Counted from the whole stretch's first letter, positions 1 to 12,120 are shown. The stretch is DNA of 63,793 nt, filler included, from Basidioascus undulatus (GCA_000826855.1; 3 parts of 3 records of this genome joined end to end with filler, not necessarily neighbours in it), one strand, 5' to 3'. Program-made: numbers and translations. Notes: a model not told the origin generated them from the sequence alone.

Positions 1-2085
1 GAGCCCGCCGATGGCAAAGACGTTCCCGGCGGGGACCTCGTTGACAGCGACGAGGTCGCGGCCCATCATCATGTACAGGTGCTGGACCGTCACACTCGCG
101 ACGTGCTTCGCATTCGGTCCGTCTGTCGCGCGCAAGGCGGTGTTGTACTTGGGCTGGAGGACGCGCACTTCTTGGCCAACGCGCAGCGTGCCCGAGTAGA
201 GACGCGCGAAGCCAATGAGCGCTTCGACGGGGCCCGACGGGCGATCTGCCGGCTGCTCCTCCTCCGTCGCAGGCGTCGCGGGCTCCTCCTCGCGCGCGGG
301 AGAGGCTGCTGGGGCAGCCTGGTCGATCGGGACGGACTTGATTCCCGCTGCCTCGTCGTCAGCGGCGGACATGCCGGTGGCCTGCAGCGCGGCGCTGAGG
401 GCAGCGACGCGCTCTCGGGACGCGCGCCCGCGCTCGCGCATGTCCTCGGCCGTGAGCTCCTTGCGCCTGTTCTGCGGGAGGTCCGCGACGGGCACGGCGA
501 ACATCTTGCTCACGTACGCGACGACTGGCTGGTCCGCGCCCGCGGCGCACGCGTACAGCGCGCGCTCTGTGTTTGTGCTCGGCTCCGTCGGCGGCGGGTG
601 GATGGTCGGGTGCAGCATCTTCGGCAGCCGCAGACGCTGCGCGGACGAGGGCGGTGGAATCTGGTCGACTACCGCGGAGAAGGTTGCCGAGGCGAGGGGG
701 AGCCAGGAGGAGAAGATGGAGGAGAGGAGGGTGCGCGGGTCTTTCGACTTGAGGTCGCGAGGAAGGAGCTTCAGGTTGAGCGCGGAGACGATCTTGGTGA
801 TCTTGTCAGGGTTACTACCCAGAAAAGATGTCAGCGGTGTTCGTCGCTGGGGCTGAGAAGAGGAAACACGCAACGGGTTCATGACGACGTTCTCGTAGAC
901 GGCCCACACGTTCTCGAGCACGAACTGGACGAAGAGCGGCTTGAGCGGGCGCTTTCCCAGCGCCTTCTGGCCGATGATGCGCTTAGTCTTGGGGTCGAGG
1001 TAGAAGTCGCCCCAGAGGACGCGGCGGAGATTGGTCTCCTTGATGCCGAGCTTGGCGGCATACAGCTGCGCGAAGCGGCCGACGCGGAACGCCCACCCGT
1101 CGAGCGCGGACGCGAAGAGCACGTTGCCCTTCTCCGGGGAAAAGTACAGGTCCTCGTCGTCCCGCTCCTCGTACGCCGTCTCGTCCTCGTCCACCGGCGG
1201 CGACGCGGACGCCTCGGCCTCCCGCCGCGCGGCCAGCCGCACCTCCCGCGCCTCGCGCCACCGCAGGTTGTCCTCCATTCGGTCGGAGGCGTAGAAGGAC
1301 CCCATCACGGCGTTGACGTTCTCAATCAGGTTCGATAGGTGGTGGTACGCTTCGACCGGCGCGAGCTTGAGCTCGGTGATCAATCGGTCCATCTTGTTGA
1401 TGACGAGGATGGGCCGCAGACGCTCGGCATAGGCTTGATGGAGCACCGCAATGGTCTAGCGGCGGGACATGCGGCGTTCAGCGAGAGTGCGACCTCCTGG
1501 AGGAAAGGGGGGAACGCGAACCTGAGTGCACACGCCCTCCACCACGTCCACCATAATCAAGGCTCCATCACATAACCGCGACGCCGTTGAGACCTCGCTC
1601 GAGAAGTCAACATGTCCAGGCTGCGTCGCTCCCCCATCAGTCTCGCATTCAGCCATCCACCTCCTTGCGGCACATACCGTGTCGATGAGGTTGATCATGA
1701 AGTCCTCCGCCCTGGGTTCTGATGATACCCACGAAATTCAGCGCCCTGCCCAGTCAAATCCCCTACGTCGTTCTCGCACTCACGTTCATCCTCTCCCGGT
1801 CTCAGCAGCTTGAACGACAAGCTGACGGCACTCGACTCCATCGTAATGCCGCGCTCCTGCTCGTCCTCGCGCGAGTCGAGGTACCGAATCTTGCCGGCCA
1901 TGCGGCTTGAGATGATGTTGTTTGCGGCCAGAAGGGAGTCGGTGTAGGCGGTCTGCAAGCGAGCGCGCCGTGAGCTCTGAAAGCCGTGATCAGGAGATGG
2001 GCGTACGTACCTTGCCGTGATCGACATGCCCCATGATGGCGAAGGACCGCACATTGGTGGAGGAGAAGCGCTTGGAGGAGGCCAT
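1..2085 (-). CDS. EFL1: Elongation factor-like GTPase 1 (ribosome biogenesis, eIF6 release); spliced, 3' end runs off the window start
   Basis: ATG at 2085 gives [70 protein letters not shown], then [39 protein letters not shown], which are the EF-2/EFL1 G-domain motifs. Confidence 0.93.
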
Positions 2086-2533
2086 GGTCGTGGTTGACAC
2101 GGGGAATCCGAGAAAACGCTAAGAAAACGGTGCCAGAGCAGCGAGAGAGCGAAGAGTATGCACGACCACCGGCTCCGGCTTTCGAGGAGGGGGCAAGCGT
2201 ACCTGCAATTCCTCCCTATAAAATCAATAATACTTCGTGTGTCCGCACAGGAAAGATATATAGAGCTCGGCAAATGTGTACGGATAAGGGGGAAGCTGGG
2301 TAACGGCGAGGGAGATGACGGTGTTGGAGAGAGAAGACGCTCTGGCCAAATTCCTTGTCGCTTCGGGCCGCATCGCTAGCACGTGACAATTGCCGGACAT
2401 CCACGTCGTCGAGCGTCGGGACTTCTCCTTCCTGTACCACCGCCATCTCGCTCTCTAAACACACTCTCAATCATTACAAGTCCAGGAAAAGTGTCCGGCA
2501 GGCCCGGAACGATCCCCACAATCTCTTAGAACC

Positions 2534-4029
2534 ATGTCCCTCTTCAGGTGAGCTGGCTGGCTGGCATCGGATGTGGCACAGTGTTCGCTGATGTGTTCGT
2601 TGGACTGCAGACTCGCGTGAGTGGCGTTTGGGAAGGTCTACACCGGTGGTTGAAGCGATATTGATGAGGCGGTCTTGACCCTCAGCATCTGCGTATCGGG
2701 CGTGTACGCGTGTTTCCTCCTGTGGGCGCTGGTCCAAGAGAAACGTGCGTCCCGTTTTTCAGTCCACTTCCCCCCACACACCGAAGCTCAACCCACTCCT
2801 GTTCGTCGCCAGTCTCCTCCACTCCCTACCCGGACCCCACCTCCCCCACCGCAGCGCCCCGCTTCTTCCGCTCCGTCCTCTTCCTCAACACCGTCCAGTC
2901 CGCATTCTCCTCCCTCGCAGCACTCGCGTACCTCTTCGCCCGCCGCAAGTCCGGCACGTCCGTGCGCGCGCTTCTCGGGCTCGAGAACAAGGCGGCGGTT
3001 CCAAATGGGGCGCCGGCGGGTCGGGAGAAGGATGGTGGGGCGGGGAAGAAGGCGGGGAGCGGTGACCTGCTGAGGAGCATCGCGAAGGTCGCGGTGTTCC
3101 AGTCGCTCGCGAACCCGTTTGGTTTCGCTAGCCTCCGGCATATCTCCTACCCTACTATGGTGCTTGCGAAGTCCTGCAAGCTTGTTCCCGTACGTCCTGC
3201 GCTCTTATTATACTCTTACGAGATCCACGCTTACCCTCACTTCGTCTCCCCCGCAGGTCATGCTCATGAACGTCGTCCTGTACCGCCGGCGCTTCGCCCC
3301 TCACAAGTACCTCGTCGTCGCGCTCGTCACGCTGGGCATCTCTCTCTTCACTCTCCTGGCGCCCTCTAAGAAAGCCTCCAAGGGCAGCTCCAACTCCTCG
3401 CCCCTCGGGCTCTCCCTGCTGCTCATCAACCTCCTCCTCGATGGGATGACCAACTCGTCGCAAGACGCCATCTTCCGCGCGCACCGCATCTCGGGCACGC
3501 AGATGATGCTCTGGATGAACGCGTTCGCGACCCTCCTCACCGCGTTCACCATCGCCGTCCCCCTCCCCGCCATCCCCGTCCTCCACCCCGCCGGGAGCGG
3601 CGAGTCCACCGAGCTGCTCGCCGCGCTCGACTTCATCCGCCACCACCCTGCTGTGCTGCGCGACATCGGGCTGTACGCCGCGTGCGGCGCCCTCGGCCAG
3701 CTCTTCATCTTCGAGACGTGTGTTCATCTCTACCAGCCGCACCCTTCCATCCATTTATCCACAGTCTGACCCACTCCCTGCATCCCCCGCCCACCTACAG
3801 TCTCGAGCACTTCGGCTCCCTCACGCTCGTGACCATCACCGTGACGCGCAAGCTCTTCACGATGCTCCTCTCCGTCTTCATCTTCCGCCACAGGCTCGCA
3901 CCCGGCCAGTGGTTCGGCGCCGCCGTTGTGTTTGTCGGCATCGGCGTCGAGGCGTGGGTCAAGCGGCAGGAGACTCTCAGCAAGCAGGCGATCCGCGAGG
4001 AGAAGAGGGCAGAGCTAAAAAGCTTATAG
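2534..4029 (+). CDS. HUT1: UDP-galactose/nucleotide-sugar transporter (SLC35B1/UAA family), spliced
   Basis: Spliced start [101 protein letters not shown]; stop at 4029. Confidence 0.93.
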
Positions 4030-4319
4030 AGCGGGGGATGTGTGGGGTGTATCGCATGGATGTAGAAATACGCGCGGGGATGAGCCCCTGACGCGGGTGA
4101 CGCGTGAGCTCTGAAGAACCCTGTCGGAGTCGAGAGCGGAATGTGCGGGAACGTTCGTGGCAAGGACTGCGATCGTCATCTTGATGTAAAATGATAGGCG
4201 GACGGCAGACAATGGATTGGCTCGGCAGCATGGCCTCCTGGAAGCACCCGGCACTCAGACGCGATCACTTCCTTCGAAATGTGATAAAGCATACGTACAA
4301 ATATCCATGGCAGGTACAA

Positions 4320-4721
4320 TCAAACACCCTTACCCAGCTTCTCAACCCTTTGCTTCCTCCACTTCTCGTACCTTTCCGCTCTCGCGAGCCTACCCCTCCC
4401 GCGTTCCACCCTCTCCAGCTCCTCCAGCACGTCCACCTCGACCCGCTCCTCGCCCCTGTCCCTCAGATCGCCCAGCGCAAGCTCCAGCTCTGCCGCAGCC
4501 TCCGCGACGCGCACGCAGGCGAGGTACGCGCGCGCGAGGGCGAGGCGCGTGAGCGCGACGTCGTGCAGGGGCGTCGAGGGCGGGAGGAGGTGCAGCTTCG
4601 CGGCGAGGTAGGGGATGCGCTGCTCGGGCGTGAGGGAAGGCTGGGCGGAGAGCACGCTCTCGACGAGGTCTAGCCGGTAGAAGGGCGAGGACAGGATCGT
4701 GTCATTGCTCTTACTCATCAT
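4320..4721 (-). CDS. Hypothetical small alpha-helical protein
   Basis: Uninterrupted ORF with coding-like GC3 bias (ILSSPFYRLDLVESVL...LARAYLACVRVAEAAAELELAL). No family recognised; start codon uncertain. Confidence 0.55.
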   Translation of the reverse strand: MMSKSNDTILSSPFYRLDLVESVLSAQPSLTPEQRIPYLAAKLHLLPPSTPLHDVALTRLALARAYLACVRVAEAAAELELALGDLRDRGEERVEVDVLEELERVERGRGRLARAERYEKWRKQRVEKLGKGV

Positions 4722-4860
4722 GGAGCATCGTGCGTCGTGGGTGGGTGTCAAGAGGGAAGATGAGCGCGCGAGCAGCAGCGCCGTCGGCTTGACCACGCCC
4801 CACATCTTGTTCACATCTTGTTCGTTCCTTTCGCACGGCAGAGCCCGTACTCACCGTACC

Positions 4861-7302
4861 ATGCGTCCAATCAGTCTAAATCGCATACAAAAATCCATCA
4901 CTCCACTCATCTCATGCACTCGATCGCGGATACCCTTGCGTCCATTTCGACCGCCCTCAGGCTCAATACCCATCGCTCGACGCTATCTCAGCGAGCTGTC
5001 GCCTCTGCAGGCTGCGATCCGGTCACATGTCGGTGCAGAGCCAGGCTTGGACCCGCAACGGGTGGACGGACAGGCCCTCGAGGCCCTGCGGCTCGGCGAG
5101 TCGAGCGTGGACGTCGTCGAGTATGATGAGGACAACTTGACGGTCCAGGAGGCGAACGGGTTCGAGGAGAATCGGAGGCTCCTCGAGCAACCACGGTATG
5201 CTCGCTGCCGCTAGGCCCCCGGTGACTATCTAAAGTTCGTTCTTTTCCAGCGAGATAGAAAAGGGTGTGCGCTGGATAAACGTCGAGGGTATCAGCTGGG
5301 ACACCATCAAGGTACGCTACTTATCGCTCGACGCTGATGGACTGTTTGGCTTACAACGCTCTGTAGCTACTCGCGATAAAATATGGTCCGCAGGGTCTTG
5401 TTCCATTAAAGACTTATGCGTCATGCTGATGAAGGCTCGACGCAGACTTGCATCCGCTGGCGCTCGAAGACTGCTTGCATGGGGGAATCTCGACGCGCCC
5501 CAAGGCCGAATACGTGAGCCGCTACCTTGTAACCCAATCACAACCGTACTAATATCGCTTTCCGAAGTTCTCAAAACACCTCTTCGTAACCCTCCCCTTG
5601 CATATGCTTGCCCCGTCAGAACGTCCCGGTCCGACGAAGATGCGCGAGCTGTACGAACGCTCGCGGCCCCTCGAGCGTTTCCGTGATGGGCGGGCTGAGG
5701 TGAGGCGCCGGAGCCACACTCACTCGTTCGAATTCGGGTACTAAATGGAGTCAAACGCGCATAGGCGTCCAATGCTGTCCAGCAGGAACGCCGTTTCAGT
5801 CCGTCCGGCGTGCAGCTCGACATCCAGCTGTTCTCGATCTTTCTTCTACGCGACGGTATGCTTCCAACCTGCTTATACAGCGGGAGATGTTTATTTGGAG
5901 TGTCTTTCAGGAACAATCATCACCATCTTCGAGCACCCCCAACCGGAAGTCCTGGAGCCCATAATGGCGCGACTGCGCGAGCGAGGCACGGTCTTGCGCT
6001 CGTCCGCTGATGCGAGCATGCTTCTCCAGGCGTTGCTGGACGTGGGTTAGTCTTTCGCAAAACTCATGAGCTATAGCTTAAGCTGCTGGCTGAATCGGTG
6101 AACATAGTCGTCGATCATGCGCTCGCGGTCGTGGAAGCGTTTCGCGAGCAGCTTGGGAATTTGGAGCGACGAGTGTTGGAGAAGCCGAACATGGAGAGTG
6201 TAAAAGCCTGTAAGTTATGGGCAACATCGAGATACCACAATCGGACACTGATGAGCTTGCAGTGCATCGCCTGCGCAGCGACCTCCTCTTGCTCAAGCGT
6301 CAAGTCCTTCTCGTCTCCTCGCTGTCCTCTCGCCTGCTCTGGCCCTAACGCTCTCTGTGCAGCTTTCACCCTTGCACGTGCTTGTGAGCGGGATCAAAGA
6401 CCATGACCTCGAACGCGCAGCAGTCACCTTCAAGCCGGGCGAAACGCCCTCGGGATTCTGCTCCCTTCAAGCTCGGTGCGTTGTTTCATGCTCACGACAA
6501 ACCGCCCACGCTAATGTGTGAACTGGTGCGGACCAGTGTATATCTTTCCGACGTGCAAGATCACGTTGATTCGGTTCTGTCCTCCCTCGACATGTTTTCG
6601 CTCCTCGCGCAGAATCTCGTCGACTGTGAGTTGGCCCATGGATCTCGTCGCAATGCAAAGCATGACCGTCCGTGAGACTCCCGACAGACTCATTCAACCT
6701 GACAACTTTCCGGACCAACGCCTCGATGAAGTCCCTGACGACGTACGTTGGTGGTGCGCTTCGCTACAAGTTCGCGGGCCCTGACCACGTTCTTCGCACA
6801 CAGCATCACCGTCACATTCTTGCCACTGTCGTTCTTGACAGGTAAGCGTCTAATTCTCTGCTCAGCAAGTTGTTAGTGAACCTTTCTCTTTTCAGGCTAT
6901 TTCGGCAGTGCGTGTCTTGCGGCCCCTCGAGCATACTTTTCAAGCTGAAGATCCTCTTCCGCAGTGAACTTCGAAGACTTCCCACAGCTTCATAATCCTG
7001 TCGACTAGTACGCATGCCGTTTCGAATCCCAGTCTCCCTCCTTTCGCACTCAGGCCCACCCCTTTGTTCCGCTGCGCAGCTTCTGGCGTTTGGCAATACC
7101 GGTGACGGCAGCGTTGGCGTTGGGCTTCTCCTGGCCGATGTTGCGATCGAAGGCAACTTTAGCTCGGGGACTGTGGGCTCGGTCGGGCTTTTCGAGGGTG
7201 GGTCATCGTATGGTCGTATCCCCCACGTGGTGCTGTTATGCTGACGACTTCCTATAGATTCAAGATCCTGGCAGCGAGCGCCGCCGAGGTCGCCCTTCAT
7301 GA
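4861..7302 (+). CDS. CorA-family Mg2+ transporter, many short exons
   Basis: Exons give VDVVEYDEDN, RWINVEGISWD, LLAIKYDLHPLALEDC, DASMLLQALLD, YLSDVQDHVD, TNASMKSLT, ITVTFLPLSFLTGYFG|MNFEDF (GMN signature) and a final TM helix FWRLAIPVTAALALGF. Start approximate. Confidence 0.88.
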
Positions 7303-7607
7303 GCGCAGATGAATCTCTGTTCTGCCGCTGCTTGCTGTGTCACTAGACCGGCGTAAATGTCCGTTGATTTTGCGTTGAGACTTCACACAAGCAGGGTGCA
7401 CGTAGCGGCTCAAGAAACCGTTCATGGAGAATAATGGGGTGCGAGTGCTGGCAGTCTCAGAAGTACAGATAGTGACGTGAGAAGCTCGTGAATGCGTGGA
7501 ATGATGAAATTATGTTAACAAAGGACAACATTTGCCAACAACGGTTCGGGTATATCACATGAGTGAGCGGGAGCGAAGAGAAAATGTGGTTCCCGAGCGG
7601 CAGCAGG

Positions 7608-8830
7608 TCAAGTGCGAAGGTTCTGCGTCGGGCGCTCGTCTAGCTCCTCGTCGCTGTCCATCGGGAGAGCAGAATCAGCGACATGTTAAGGAGAGAACAC
7701 TGAACATATCAGAGGCGAAGACTGACCTGTCGTCCCGTTCTCTCCTCTTTGGTTGAGGCGCCGCCCCAGGGGGACGCTGCGCGACGGCCATAGCCGCCCG
7801 GTATATCGGCTCGTACTCCTACAGGGAGGTAAAAGGCGAGTTAGGAACACGTAGACGCTGATACAGCGTGCTGCGGACCTTGATCTGCGCCTGGAAGCCG
7901 ATGTTCGGAGAGATGCAGTAGCGCTGCGGAAGGGAAACCGCCGTGTTAGACCACGACCTGAACACGGACGGCTAGGATGGCCCAGACGCGCGTCCCAGCT
8001 CGTCTCCTCCAAGCCCTCCGCAAACACTGTCCCACCACTGGAGCCACGGCGCGGCGCAGCCGACTTTGTGAGCAAGAGACTCACCCGATTCTGCACGTGC
8101 TGCAAGGCGTCCTCAAACGAAACCTGCGCCGCCTCCATCACATACATGATCGTGACCGCCGGACCCCTGCTGATACCACCTGCCACAGCGAACGTTGTTC
8201 AGCTCGTGTCGCCGCTGCCGCATCGTCGGCCTGGCTTCGCTCACCGTTGCAGACAATCAAGACCCTTCCACCCGCGGACCGCGCAGCGTGGATGAAGTCA
8301 CGTGCCCTGTAGGATGGTGTTCAACATTGTAGCCCTTAAGTGAGGAGAGCGAAAGACGCACTGAGGGAACACCCTGATGAGGTTCTGCTCCTCCGAGTCC
8401 CTCACGTCCAGCACGAGGTACCGAAAGTTGTCGGGGAAGCGAGGGCGGATGAGGTGCGCCTCCATATCGCCGCGTATGCAGATACTGAACGAATGCCCCC
8501 ACTCATACCTAGCATCAGCCCTGTCCGCTGGCAGACCGAGAAACGAAACCCCGACGCACATGTGGGTGACGCCGAGCTGCTGCAGAAGCGGAAGGTCCTT
8601 GCTGGCCTGGTATGGCCCGAGGATGAGTCCGGGAATGATTTCCTGGCACTCGCGGCGCATCTCGTATCTGCGTCGCGTTCAAATGGAAGACATCAGCCCT
8701 CTGCTCCAGCACTTGAGGGGTGCGGCAAGGTGCGAGAGACGCACTTCCACTCCGGCGCGTCCGGGGGCTGTGGCTCGAGCATGATGGGCCCTCCATGCGC
8801 CGCGGGTGCGTTCGGCATGTCCATGTCCAT
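7608..8830 (-). CDS. Dual-specificity phosphatase fold protein, STYX orthologue-like
   Basis: Spliced EWK|YEMRRECQEIIPGLILGPY, GVTH|ICIR, FRYLVLDVRDSEEQNLIRVFP, GGRVLIVCN|GGISRGPAVTIMYVME, RYCISPNIGFQAQIK|EYEPIY; collinear with animal STYX as recalled. Confidence 0.85.
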
Positions 8831-9032
8831 CGTTATGCGCGGTACGGACTCGATGGGTGAAGCGCAGCGCGGTGGACGAGCAGGGTGGTTAAGGGTGGTG
8901 AGGGTGACAGGGTAACCAACTTCAGCGCCCAGCTCCGGGCCGACAAGGGCGCACCGCGGATGTCTGGCTTCGCCTCCGTTCCCTCTTTCTTTTCACCCTC
9001 CACGCGCATTTTTCAGCGTCTTCTCTACTAAC

Positions 9033-10696
9033 ATGGCGGCGCTCGATACTTCGATCAACGAACTTACCCTCGAGAGCCTCGATATCGACTCGGACGATGA
9101 CACTCCGGAGCTGATGTACGTTCACTCGCGGCGACCCGGTCGTCTTCTTTCTTCGACTAATCTTGTCTCGGTGTCAAAGGCCGGCCGCTGCACCTATAGC
9201 ATCAACAGGGGGTGCTGGAAAGAAAGTACCTTTGACTTTGTTGACGGGCTACCTCGGCGCTGGGAAGTCCACGGTGGTCAACTACATCCTGACCGAGAAC
9301 CATGGCCGTCGCATCGCTGTAATGTGTGGCCGCTTCTACCCTTCCATCGTCGGTACTTTGGCTGAAGATCCTTTATCTCACTCAGTCTGAACGAGTTTGG
9401 AGACTCAGCCGACATCGAAAGTAAGCGCTTGTTCCTCTCACCTCCTCAGGCAGCTTCCGCTGACTCATTTCGAGTTGTTCAGACCGAACGGTCTCCGTCT
9501 CCGATGACGCCGATGGCGGGCTCTACGAGGAGATGCTCGAGCTCGACAACGGCTGTTTGTGCTGCTCGATTCGCGACCAAGGCGTCGCCGCTATTTCCAA
9601 GCTCATGGCCAAGAAGGGCCGGTTCGACTACATATTGTTGGAGACGACTGGTCTGGCCGACCCGTGTATGTCAGCTTTTTAGGTATTACCATGCGTCGGG
9701 TGCTGAAGAAGTACTCTAGCGGGTCTCGCAGAGATGTTCTGGGAGAACGAGCTCTTCGCGGACGACATTTACCTCGATGGCGTCGTGACGGTCGTGGATG
9801 CGAAGTACGGTCTGAAGGTACGCTTGGCTAACAGTCGAAAACATGGAGGCGTTCCGCTCATATTGATTCTTCAACAGCAAATGGATGAAGCCAGGGCGGA
9901 AGGCGAAGCCACTGACTGCGTCCGGTATGTGCATGATCGCGCTCGCCAAGAGCATCCTATGCTCATCCGTTTCACAGCCAAATCGCCTGCGCGGACTCAT
10001 TACTGCTGAATAAAACTGACCTCGTTACGGAGGAGCATCTGGTGGCGATCGAGTCCGCTATCCGGTCCGTCGTCTCCTTCCTCTTGCGTTTTGCCGTGCG
10101 GTTCGCTCAAGTCCTCACATAGCACAATCAACGCAACCACGCCGATTCACCGGGCCTCCTACGGCCGCCTCGACCTCTCCAACATCCTTTCTCTGGACGC
10201 CTATGCTTCAGCGCCCTTCACGAAGCCGACCCTGCCCGTCTACTCCCCGCCGTCCTCCTCACCAGCTCTCCAGCAACGGCACGCCCACCCGCACGACTGC
10301 GCCGACCCGACACACGACCACCCTCCTCCCGCGACCTCACATCTCCTGGGCATCTCCACTCTCCTCATCCCCCTCCCGACCGTCACGCCAGCCGCGCTCG
10401 ACCGCCTCGACGCCTGGGTCCGCACGCTTCTCTGGGAAAACGCGCTCCTCCTTCCGTCCGGCGAGCGAGTGCCGCCTCCCGCGCCGCTTGCGAGCGGGAA
10501 GCCCGGGAGGGAAATTCTTAGGACGAAGGGCCTCATTGGGCTGGGCGACGGCAGGACGCTCGTGCTCCAGGGCGTGCGCGACATGTATGAGATGAAGGAG
10601 GCTGCTGGGGACGCTCTCGAGGAGGGGAAGTTGGTGTTCATTGGGCGCGGACTCGAGGAGGACCTGCGGAAGAGTCTGATGGACTACATCGCTTGA
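9033..10696 (+). CDS. ZNG1: COG0523/CobW-family G3E GTPase, zinc chaperone ZNG1-like
   Basis: [16 protein letters not shown] (P-loop), [22 protein letters not shown] (CxCC), [19 protein letters not shown] and C-terminal EILRTKG...LQGVRDMYE...GKLVFIGR. Confidence 0.9.
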
Positions 10697-11299
10697 TGCA
10701 TCTTTGTCTTGGGCCTCAAATGCTGGCATGGTTGTTGGTGCCGCGGCATACGTGGTGGCAGGCCAAGGATTGCGACTCAGCCGTTACCAGCTTTGTTGAT
10801 GACGCGGAGACTTCACTGTGAACTGGCATGTGTAAAGTTTTTCCCGCATTGGCCCGCACGAACGAAACTACTTTGCGGTTGTCATTCACGCATAAGCCGA
10901 GGAAACGCACACCATGGCGACGACGAGACTGCGAGCAGTCCCCAGACCGGCTGCTTTCTAGCTGATTAAACTATCAATACCATCGATTTTTTGTGCACTC
11001 TCTGAGTGTTTGAATGGCTAGAACGAGGATACAGGGGTTGTGAAAGGTTGGTTGTGAACCGATAGCCCCACCTGTAAAGCCGACAATGAAATCACCCCTG
11101 AAGGCCCAGTGAAAATCAAGGCTTCCTCGTTCCTCTTCCTTTCGCCCTCCAGCCCCCTCGCTAGGTGAGCGAGTTGCCGCATGCTCTGTCCTTCGAGATC
11201 CACAACTCATCATGAATCCCGAATGCTTATAGGAACGACGGAACGACGGTTGTTCCCACCTGACCCGACTTAGCGAAACTTCCACGTATCTTTTCAAAC

Positions 11300-12120
11300 A
11301 TGGTTCGTCCTTCCGCTCGAGCTGGACTTCCGATGGTCGACCTGGGAATGATGGAGAACTCATGCTCTAGTCTGACGCTGGTTCCGAGAAGCCTGAGGTT
11401 GTTGAGGAGGTCGAGGTCGCCGAGGCCGCTGCCCCCAAGGGCAAGCTGTACGTGTCCCTTTCAGCGCGTCATCCGTCCGTACGTGAGACTGAACAGCCAA
11501 TGCTTTCACCCGCAGCTCCGTCGAGGAGGCCCTCCAGCAGGTCCTAAAGAACGCCCTCGTTCACGACGGCCTCGCCCGCGGTCTCCGCGAGTGCGCCAAG
11601 GCGCTGGACAAGCGCCAGGCTCACCTCTGTGTCCTCGTCGAGACCTGCACCGAGGCGGAGTACATCAAGCTCATCGAGGCCCTCTGCGCCGAGCACAAGA
11701 TCAACCTGATCAAGGTCTCAGATGCCAAGGTTCTCGGTACCTGGGCCGGTCTCTGCAAGATCGACCGCGAGGGCAACCCCCGCAAGATCGTCGGCACCTC
11801 CTGCGTTGTCGTCAAGGACTACGGCTCGGAGTCCGAGGGCCTTAACGTCCTCCTCGACTACTTCAAGTCTGTGAGTCATGTCTCCTTGTCGTGGTGTAGA
11901 AGGTGCGAAGTTGGGTGGCCACAGTGCTGGCGGCACAATCCTGAGCGTGGATGATTGTTGGTCTCCCTCTACCGATCTTTCTTGACGGACAAGACCTAAA
12001 CGGAATCGAATTATTATTATGTCTGAGCTCTCCTATCGGCTTTCGTGTTCTTCATCATTCCTGATACGTTGGAGCCGAGGCTGACATCTTCTCTCATGCC
12101 ACCTCGTTCAGCGCCAGTAA
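11300..12120 (+). CDS. RPS12: 40S ribosomal protein S12 (eS12); first coding exon is the ATG alone, last exon encodes RQ-stop
   Basis: [67 protein letters not shown]...[26 protein letters not shown]. Confidence 0.97.
11943..12030 (+). ncRNA. Intronic box C/D snoRNA, SNORD100-like (18S rRNA guide)
   Basis: Lies in the 241-nt last RPS12 intron (11871-12111). Terminal stem GAGC/GCTC, box C-like GTGGATGA (11947-11954), guide CTCCCTCT followed by D' CCGA (11972-11975), box D CTGA (12023-12026). Two segments are antisense to conserved 18S UUCGAUUCCGGAGAGGGAG. Confidence 0.8.

Noticed and set aside
79..1338. 419-aa + strand ORF and many other long Arg/Gly-rich ORFs (for example 41032-42408 on the - strand)
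   Set aside because: These are antisense shadows of GC3-rich real genes (EFL1, SEC31) with no independent protein features.
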